Source: Hydrurus foetidus (taxonomy: Eukaryota). Taken from it: DNA of 28,722 bases. Location: the NCBI GenBank assembly GCA_900617105.1, contig UYFQ01000396.1:62001-90722 (forward strand), in the 5' to 3' direction. Positions 12,801-21,333 of the stretch are shown here, in pieces. Under the pieces are notes generated by a model. The model ran no database searches, had not been told where the DNA came from, and worked only from the letters and a program-made list of their open reading frames with translations. Position 1 is the first letter of the stretch; each line of letters opens with the position of its first letter. A program made the position numbers and the translations under genes.

Positions 12801-15800
12801 AGATATTAGCCCTGACTTGATCAGTTGTGTGTGAATTTCGGGTCGTAGAAGAGGTAGTCGTTAAGGTAGTGCTGGGAGCGGTGTTTTTACCTCCCATAAA
12901 AGGAGGGAAGGAGGTCTGCATTAAAGAGGAGAATCGATTAACGCCATTACCACTACCACTCCCTGTTGCTGCTGCATTGTTGTTTGTACAATTGGAGGTG
13001 CTTGTGCCGGAGGTGGAGTTATCTTTACCGTCCTTCTCCTGTAGTGCGGTTCGGTAAAAGGGACAGTGAAAGGAGAAGTGAATATAATGTACAATGAAAT
13101 CGGAAAAAATGTTATGTACAATAGAATGCAACGTACGCTGTAGATCATATGTAACGTACGCTAAGGAAAAAAATTTAAATACATGATTGCGGAAAAGTTA
13201 CTCACGCTTAATGTAGAGTTTAGGAAATGCCATGTCATGATGGTCTTACAGGGAGAAGATCAAGGCTTCTCGTTTATTCCAGGTCCACGTTTAATCTGGA
13301 CACACCCCTATACACGACATTTAACTGTACCGTACTGTATTCAGTTTTCAGTACGGTCAGTTAATTGTCGTGTGTGAGGGTGGGTCGAGATTAAACGTGG
13401 ACCTGGGATAAATGAGGAGCCTTGAGATGTAGAGGGAGAAATATCCTCCTGCCTCACAAGTGACTTGCTCTACATTAGTACCGAGTGCATGACGTACTTA
13501 ATAGCGAGTCAGCAAATGAGTATTACAGTCGTCAGTGCATCAATGAAGACAAGAGTTAAATGGTCAGTGGGTAGGACTGCAGTGTGCGTCAGTCGGTTCT
13601 TCATCGCAAGAGGCATTCACCGTGACAGCCAGTCACTCTGCTAATGAGTAAGCATATCAGTGTATCATTGTATCAGTCCGTTGAACAGTCATCTCGATGT
13701 GAGCACCCAGACGATCACATGCATTGTGCCTCCATCGATATATGTCCGTGTGTGTGTGTGTGTGTGTGTGTGTCTCACGGCCACCTCACCTTATGCAGGG
13801 TATCTCCTTTTCCCTTCTCCTCCTTACTTTTACTCTTGCTCTGCAAATCAATCACAATCTCATACGCGTCATCATCTTCTTCCTCACACGCAGAGCGATG
13901 AAGGAAAGAACTTTCCTCATTTCTCGGATCGAAAGGAGCTAAATGCCACTGGGTTATCAAATGGTGTGTATGCGCGATATCAGCCAATAGCTCACAAGAT
14001 CGTACTAAGCACTGCGCGGCAAGATCAGGTGTCACTAGTGTATACAATTGAACGAGAGGGGAGTCAGCTAGGTCCATTATCTCTCCCATATTCATGGGCT
14101 GAAAGGCTCTTTGCATGTTCATCTCCCTCGCTGCCTTCTCTCTCTTGTGCTGAGATGCGTAGAGAAATTCTACCACTGATGTATGTAGGCACGCGTCAAT
14201 GTCTTCGTGTAGAAATCGTAAAACGCGCTGAGCTAGACCCTACAAACACGTAGCAAAGAAGATAAGAAGATAAGAAAGAAAGAAAGAAACAAACAAGCGA
14301 TGTTCAAGAAGAAGAAATGTGTATGAAAGCAGTGTGGTTGAGTGAGCTGTTGAAATGAAAGAGAGTCGTTATGAACACCTCTTCTATGGCGCACTGTGGT
14401 ATCTATGTTAGAGGATGAATATACATCTGTGAAGATACGGTAAGCGCTTTTAAGGTTAGGAACCATTGGAAGGCATTACAACTGATGAGGAAAATGGGAT
14501 TTGACCGTATAGTACAGTACAGTACAGTACAGTACAGTACAGTACAGTACAGTACAGTACAGTATGATACAGTACGATACAGGCATAGTATAGTATAGTA
14601 CAGTACAGTGCAGTACAGTACAGTACAGTACAGTACAGTACAGTATGATACAGTACGTACAGGCATAGTGCAGTACAGTACAGTAGTAGATACAGCATAG
14701 TATAGTACAGTACAGTACAGTACAGTACAGTACAGTACAGCACAGTACAGTACGCATACAGCATTGGCATATACACAGCACAGTACAGTACAGCACAGCA
14801 CAGCACAGTACAGGCATACATAGCATAGCACAGTACAGTACAGTACACAGCATATAGCATAGCATAGCACAGTACAGCACATATAGCACAGATACAGTAC
14901 AGCATACATAGTATAGTATAGTACAGTACAGTACAGTACAGTGCGATACAGGCATAGTATAGTACAGTACAGTACAGTACGATACTGTACAGTATGATAC
15001 AGGCATGGTATAGTACAGTACAGTACAGTACGATACAGTACAGTACAGTACAGTACGATACAGGCATAGTATAGTGCAGCTTAAAACATAAAAAGTACGT
15101 CTCACAAAAAGACACACCGCAATTAAATACATCACAAAGTGTGTTCTGACTGTGTGAAAGCAAAAGCAATTCTGTATTCTACATCGCACACATCTCCATA
15201 TTGTCGTGCGTTTTGTAATCAACATATCACCAGTACTACTTTGCTTGTGTCAGAACATAACAAAATACGATATTTCATACTGTGATGTTTTGTCACAACA
15301 AACTAAATACTCCATCTAGGACATCATCTACTTTTCTACTTTCCTCATTACGCCATGAAAGGTGCTCATCACTACACTTTCAGGAAATTCTGCAATTATT
15401 TTTTGTCCTAATAAATATCATTTAATCACATAACATTTCTCTGATGTAACATATATACAAGAATGGAATCCCTACTGAATGAAATGGCATACCTCCATAC
15501 AACCCTTAGTGTCGAATAAAGACTCCTCTTCTCCATCGTAGTCCATAGGTTGAGACAAACACAGAGGCACTGCTAACGTCTCAGCTATACAATCCAGAAC
15601 TAAATATGCTTTCACAATATCAGCATACTCCACTGCAGCGAATTTTCTCGAACATATTCTCAACAGTGCTCTGTCAGTCTTCTGTCGCACAGTCACGACA
15701 TTCTTTTTCACCACATCTTTCAAGCTGAATAGTGAGCTGAACTGTCCGTAGGAATTGTTCTGCAGACTGAACAGAAGACTGCTGGCGCCTTCGGCTGCCT

Positions 15801-16545
15801 TCGCGAGAGCTCCAATGGTGACATCATTCAACATAGCTCTGTGCACATCCATGAGGGCTTTCAGACTTTTCGCCATGGCTGCTGCAAGAGCCAGTCTCTC
15901 TCTTTTAGCATGCAGCACAGCTATGCGCATGGCGCCCTGTTGTAACGCTCCGCTGGCTTGGGTGATTTTCCTTCTGCTCATAACCACTTGCATTCCAGCC
16001 TTGGACAGATCTAAATCAATATCATAGACGTCTCGCATACACCCCATCAATTCTGAGTAGTTAGCTTCTATTAGGTCCGCTAAGCTACTGAGGATCATGT
16101 CTTTGTCTGTGTCGACATCCTCTATTTTAGTCATGAATTGTTCTGTTAAATCTCCATCCCCCCATGACGCAATCTCAACAGGAATCAATGCCACAGAATC
16201 AAATCCAGGTGTAAAAAATCCTTCAGGCAGGCTAGAAATAACGCTCTGAGGAGTTTTGTTGGAATAGTGTGAAGTCACTCTGACTATTCTTTCTGTCTCC
16301 TTCGGCAACGCCACTATAGGATCAGGAGTTGGCAGTAATTCACAAGCTGCTGACGACGAGCATTTCTGATTGAGAATATCTGGGTCTTGGTACAAAGACT
16401 TCATGTAAAAGTCAATATCCTCTGCTATACTTTCAGAGTTGAAAGGTTTCGCCATGCGTCGAAAGAATGAGAGCTTGCCATCAGCATATTCTGTGCCGGT
16501 GGCTGCAGACACCTCCGATGCAACACTTCCAGTCTCCCAATTCAT
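5129..16545 (-). CDS. VPS50: Syndetin / VPS50 (CCDC132, EARP complex subunit), 13 exons, about 1,499 aa
   Basis: Exons (minus strand): 16545-15493, 14239-13790, 13038-12637, 12449-11499, 10950-10504, 9873-9787, 9279-9211, 8764-8660, 8188-8105, 7801-7375, 6629-6493, 6043-5909, 5281-5129. They splice in frame to TAG. The N-terminal helical region is Vps54_N-like (LPEGFFTPGFDS...LADLIEANYSELMGCMRDVYDIDLDL). Other motifs: LNGLARYTGRYLQLM, LYDFYL, and C-terminal syndetin motifs CSWDSKK..SHEWV, EGFSRVRRCSQEGRLAMTLD, VDNFIQATYMPEEDLMMWV. The start codon is tentative, and a further upstream exon cannot be excluded. Confidence 0.88.
5725..5796. repeat. (GAAA)n microsatellite in the last VPS50 intron
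   Basis: Direct reading. Confidence 0.9.
6741..6940. repeat. (GA)n-rich tract; (CT)n on the VPS50 sense strand, intronic
   Basis: About 200 bp of nearly pure purine on the + strand. Confidence 0.9.
8195..8490. repeat. Purine-rich degenerate minisatellite (units like GGAGAAAGAGAGAAGGGGAGA), intronic
   Basis: Direct reading. It forms a polypyrimidine tract directly upstream of the acceptor at 8189-8190 on the minus strand. Confidence 0.8.
13261..13424. mobile_element. MITE, 164-bp foldback relative of the 16898-20417 transposon, inside VPS50 intron 2
   Basis: Reads AGAT|CAAGGCTTCTCGTTTATTCCAGGTCCACGTTTAATCTGGAC...GATTAAACGTGGACCTGGGATAAATGAGGAGCCTTG|AGAT. About 60 terminal bp on each side match the TIR of the autonomous element. 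The inner part is also palindromic (ttaactgtaccgtactg / cagtacggtcagttaa). Confidence 0.93.
13748..13773. repeat. (GT)n microsatellite
   Basis: Direct reading. Confidence 0.9.
14509..15078. repeat. (AGTAC)n pentanucleotide array with variant units and a recurring GATACAGGCATAGTAT spacer, in VPS50 intron 1
   Basis: About 570 bp of AGTAC/AGCAC/AGTAT units. It generates the spurious YCTVL-repeat ORFs. Confidence 0.95.
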
Positions 16546-16897
16546 TGGAGCTACTCGTTCCTCAAAAGGGACTGTGCGCAAATTTCTGGATCAAATATGG
16601 CTATGAAACACGATATTACTCACAAAAATAGTGGACTAGATGAACTATTGTTATCACTAAATAACATTTCCATTACGATCGCCGTCGCCAATATTTGCAA
16701 AATGTAGTCAGTTAAGGATTGCACAACAGCAGGCTCGAAAACCTCCGCAGAATAAGACACTACACTGATAGGCTTATGAGCAGACATGATGAGAAACTAG
16801 AGAGTGTTACACAGAGTACAGAGTTACAGAGATCTGGGGTCGGTCTCGATTCCATCATTTGAATTATTTATTCCACAGAACACAGAACGGATGAGTT

Positions 16898-17013
16898 CAA
16901 GGCTCTTCATTTATTCCAGGTCCACGTTTAATCTGGACCCACCTTATACACGACAATCCACACAACACACACACACACTTTTCATCCGGAACCTTCGTTC
17001 TTGGAGGACATCT
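16898..17013 (+). repeat. Left terminal inverted repeat (116 bp)
   Basis: Exact reverse complement of 20302-20417, including the internal (AC)n run. Confidence 0.96.
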
Positions 17014-17138
17014 TCATCACTCCAACGACACCTCAAGTTCGCAGAGCATCAATATTATGTTACCGCAGTACTCCAATTCCTTCATGATATCCGCCATTAA
17101 CATTATTCTCCGTCTGAGACTGCTCATTATTTGTACTG

Positions 17139-19460
17139 ATGTCGAGGTGCCGATCTCGTGCAACTTTTGAAGCAACTGAAGAATCGGAAGATGAGTTGGC
17201 ATCGATTCTACCTGCATTTGATGCATCAATAGTGAGTCATCCACTGTTCTGGCTGTATTTTTTGGTCAAGTATGCATTTAATCTTGCATATACATGGCTT
17301 CCAGAGATTGCAATCAGCGGTGTCAGACATAAGATCTAAGCAAAAAAGCATCCGAGAAGCTGCTCGTGTTTATAAAATTGGTCGGCACAGTATCAAAAAG
17401 TAAGCTGGCTCGTATCTTCTCTTGTTTATGAAATATTGTAACTCAACATTGTCAATCACACAGAGCAATGTTTCAGGATACTGATCGCGTCATTCCCGCC
17501 ATTGTGACTCCAAGACGAGGACGACCACCGGCAGTATCCGATGAGATTATTCGTGAAGCTACCTTAATCGCCGAACGTCGAGATTTAATGAAAGACTCCT
17601 GCACATCAACTTCTGATGTCATGGAAATAGTCAATGAACTTCGGCACAAGAAGGAAGATTCAGCTGGCCGAAATCCTCATGCTGTATTACCCGAGTTCTG
17701 CTACACAACACAGCGCAAAATCGCACTTGATGTAGCTCCTGTCAACATCAAAAATGGCTCTATACAAAATGCAAGTAGGAAACGAGCTTTGCGCGATCCG
17801 AGAAATGCGATATCTTGCGCATCTGTATGGTCAGCCGTATCTTCGGAAGTGAAGAACGGCAAATTTATCCATTCATGGGATGAAGTTGGCGTCATGCTAA
17901 ACTCTTTCGGAGAAAAACAAGATTTGTTGTGTACAACTTCAGGGAGGAAAAAATTAGATGCACGAAATATGGCTCCAGCAACGACTGAGAAACAAGAGCA
18001 ACGTCGCATGTTAAAAATAGGTTTAAGTGAGTTACAATTTCTTTTCATATGAAGCCATACAAGCTATGTGACAATCACTCGACATTAACAACATGCAGAT
18101 ACGAACGCTTATGGAATATTGGAGTGCGCAATTGTGATGATATTTGATGACAACTTTGAGAAATGCAGACAATATAAGGTGAGTCACGTAATGGTCATAT
18201 GAAGTACGCATCGGTAACTAGTCTAAATTAACTCATCGGTATTGTTGCCAGATAAAGGATGGTCTCTATTGCTACTTAGTTCCATCAAAGTTTGACACAA
18301 CTAATCTGATGACTAAGCTATGGCTTGAGTGCGTCATCCCAGAGGCCGACCTGCATTACGCCGCCGCCTTGCCTGAGAGCCGTCACGTCGGTGTCCAAGA
18401 GATAACCGATTATCTCTCCACTCTCACCAGCAGCTCCAGTAGCAGCAGCAGCTCCAACAGCAGGAGCTCCAGTAGCAGCAGCAATGTCCAAAATGGAGAC
18501 GATCCTCGAAACGTCTTTACCTACGATGGCGCCTGGAATCAAATGCAGGCAATGTTGAGGAGAGTAAATCCAGTATTATTAACAAAGGGATATGAAGGGG
18601 TTAAATTTGCAGCGGCATCAACGATGGTTGAGCAGCCTAACGACGTCGGTCACATTCACAAGGCTATTAAGAACTTTTTCAAAAACAATCGATACAGGAA
18701 ATCAAAACAATGGTCGGTGCCCGACAATCTGTGGGGATTTGACGACATACTTACAGCAGCAGGCCTTGAATCAGCGAGTATGCATACTTACTGGAAGGCT
18801 CTTTGCCATATGGAACTTTGCTTCTCAAAGACCTGCACCATATCTATGGTGAAAGAAGGTTATCGCATCTCAGGCATTTTCCCTGTAGACAACAACATCA
18901 TAATGTCAGGCTGGTCAGGATGGACGACGTGTAGTAAGGAGCAGGCTGATGATGTGCTGGAACGGTTACCAATACTCACAGAAATAGCAAAAATGAATGG
19001 ACGCATTACCGATATAGAAATTGAAGAATGCATGGAAGGCATCCTCGAATTCGACCCCTCGACGAGAAAGTCGGATGACATCCCCTTGAACCACAGCCGC
19101 TGCCTGTGGGCAAATAACAGCAGAGTTATTGAGTCTCACAGACAGAAGTCACTAGATATTGTTATGAAAGGAGTCGAGAAAGACAATATACTCATGGAGA
19201 AAGAATTCCGAATTCAGTATCCAGATGAAGCAGCAGCAGAGGATGCAAGAAACAGTGCAGCAGTGGAAGTGGAGACTGCCCCGGCAAAGCAGGGAAGATC
19301 GTACAAATGCAGCAGCTCAGCATGCAATATAGTAGGTACGAAGGTTGATAGAAAAAATTGGACAGGATGCAGAGTGAAGAGTTGCACATTGTTGTTTTGC
19401 TGGAATTGTGCAGATGCATCTCAGCAGCACCAAAGCATATGCAATAGAGCTACTCGTTGA
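17139..19460 (+). CDS. Pogo/Fot1-like (DDE_1-type) DD38D transposase, 5 exons: 17139-17231, 17305-17399, 17464-18026, 18099-18178, 18252-19460; 679 aa
   Basis: Four GT-AG introns (73, 64, 72, 73 nt) give an uninterrupted 2,040-nt frame. Motifs: psq-like HTH (AVSDIRSKQKSIREAARVYKIGRHSI), RGRPP linker, catalytic IHSWDEVG (D at 17879), FTYDGAWNQ (D at 18525), STMVEQPNDVG (D at 18642), the downstream pogo motif VKEGYRISGIFP, and a C-terminal Cys/His cluster. Confidence 0.88.
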
Positions 19461-20301
19461 CTTACCAAAATTACGGGTCCGACAACCAGCAGTATTCGAT
19501 TCAGTATTCGATTGAACTCTAGCAACATTAATACTATTCGAGCTTATTATATTGTATTTGTTCCTCGTCTTGATTTAGCCGATATCGTACTTCAATAGTC
19601 ATTTCATTCCTGTTCAGACAATCACCCCCGAACATTGTCGTTGTCTAATATAATCAAAATATTCACTACGCTACCGCGACAAGCTTCTATATTGAGACTT
19701 TCTTCACTAGATTCATTTCGATCTGAGTCTTGAGGACCTTCAAGAAAGAGATAAGCGTCAGTGTCAATCATTCTCGTGCGGGGCATCAGAAAAAGTTAGC
19801 GACCAAAATGGGCTCGGTTCAAGCAGCTTTAACATTGATGGTGGCGAAACATACGTTGTTGCTAACGACTCTTGACTGTGCCAATGGATAACGAGTGATC
19901 ATTTTGGTGCTACAGCGACAAGCTTCTTTATGGAGACTTTCTACACTGTCACCAAGGGTGTCAGGAGTGACATCAACTCGCTGACAAAGTATCCGTAGCA
20001 GCTGATTTTAGTAGGAACATGCATGATGACACATTAGAGATGATCCAGAGTGGAGTTGGATGCATGGCTGGGGTCATCGATGATGTAGTATGACTTGCCG
20101 AATTTTCGCATTTATGATTTTTGGTAGGAAATATTTAGAAATTCATTGGAACACTCACCGCCGCTTAGATTACACTACCAGAACGGCTCTACTGTCCGCC
20201 ACAATCTGCCTGATTTACATTTTTATCTTGACAACTTCCATAATTATTATTCTGCCTGGAGATTCTCTTGAACTGGAGTAACTTGGAAAGCTACCTGACT
20301 G

Positions 20302-20417
20302 AGATGTCCTCCAAGAACGAAGGTTCCGGATGAAAAGTGTGTGTGTGTGTTGTGTGGATTGTCGTGTATAAGGTGGGTCCAGATTAAACGTGGACCTGGA
20401 ATAAATGAAGAGCCTTG
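20302..20417 (-). repeat. Right terminal inverted repeat (116 bp)
   Basis: Exact reverse complement of 16898-17013. Confidence 0.96.
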
Positions 20418-21069
20418 AGTTCTCGGATCCGGATCGTTCTGGGGTTTTTTTTTGAACGATTTTTTGATCGACTTTTTGCCCAGTCAACAATATTTTCTAT
20501 TTTCAGTAGTTTTTTTGGACGAGCCCAGAGCTGTTACATTTTCACCGGACATCTCAAACTTTTATCTTTTATCGGTCGATCGAATTGTTTATCATGCAAG
20601 TATGAAAGTCAGCAATGAGGCCGCAGCTTACAGGAGTAATTCTGACAGCCTTAATTATTGCAAAAACATCAGAAATAGATTCGGCACTAGCCAATGCCAC
20701 TGCGACGGTATTATTCGCTCCACGCACCTTCACGAAACTAGAGCAATTTGTCGCATACAACCACTGTAGAGAATTTGTGGAAGAAGAGAGGCCACGTGAA
20801 CTAGATGTTCAGTACACAGTAATATGATAACTGATAAAAGCTGGACTGTGGAGCAAGAAAGGGGGGTCCAACGGAAGATCACACGCGAAACATACGCAAG
20901 TTCTACCCCGAGGATTTGAGGATTTTTTCTGGAATCCTGAAAACGAAACCTCAGATTCTGAGGCTTCATTATTTCGAGGATTTGGGTACAGCGACGTTTC
21001 GACGTTTGAGGATTTTTTCTGTGTATATGTCATTGTTTTGTATACACATACACTGTACAACCATCCAAC

Positions 21070-21145
21070 ACGTTGAAGTTCCACCATCTCGACATTGAAG
21101 TCCCAACATTTCAACATTGAAGTTCTAACATTTCAACATTGAAGT
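21070..21145 (+). repeat. 22-bp tandem repeat, about 3.5 copies (consensus ACATTGAAGTTCCAACATTTCA)
   Basis: Units: acgttgaagttccaccatctcg, acattgaagtcccaacatttca, acattgaagttctaacatttca, acattgaagt. Confidence 0.85.
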
Positions 21146-21333
21146 GCATAGCATTCGACATCGCATGATTCACAATTCACATAATTACAATCGTTCATTC
21201 ATTCACATCTCACACAATCTTTTAACCAGTAAACCTTTAAGCAATTCTGTTTCTACCGATTCCTTTCCGGTTTTGGTCCCGATTCCTGACAATTGCTTAA
21301 GGTTCAAAGCATCATCCCATCCTCTGCAGCAAT

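Larger units (their letters stand above)
16898..20417 (+). mobile_element. Autonomous DNA transposon, 3,520 bp, pogo/Fot1-like transposase, 116-bp perfect TIRs, flanked by AGTT on both sides
   Basis: AGTT(16894-16897)|CAAGGCTCTTC...GAAGAGCCTTG|AGTT(20418-20421). An intact spliced transposase gene lies inside. Confidence 0.95.

Noticed and set aside
13660..14253. 197-aa plus-strand ORF
   Set aside because: Antisense shadow of VPS50 exon 2 with no recognisable motif.
14403..15225. Long Cys/Tyr-rich ORFs (YCTVL repeats) in three minus-strand frames
   Set aside because: They are translations of the (AGTAC)n microsatellite inside VPS50 intron 1. All frames give the same repeat.
16898..20417. Assignment to P-element, piggyBac or Sola based on the CA-start termini or the 4-bp TSD
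   Set aside because: There is no 7-8-bp TSD and no TTAA. The protein motifs (psq HTH, DExG, QPxD, GIxP) point to pogo/Fot1. A formal HMM search is still needed.
16804..20490. Two ORFs (16804-17100 + and 20215-20490 -) sharing an identical 39-aa peptide
   Set aside because: The shared peptide is the translated TIR, not a duplicated gene.
20615..20827. 70-aa ORF with a hydrophobic N-terminus
   Set aside because: Short, with no recognisable family or supporting splice structure, and it lies between TEs.
16805..21130. Possible copia 5' LTR (TGTTA at 16805 ... TAACA at 21130) interrupted by the DNA transposon
   Set aside because: Only a 5-bp terminal match, with no PBS and no second LTR in the window to compare. 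It cannot be supported.
21070..21145. CRISPR-like appearance of the short repeats
   Set aside because: The units are directly adjacent with no unique spacers, the context is eukaryotic, and there are no cas genes.
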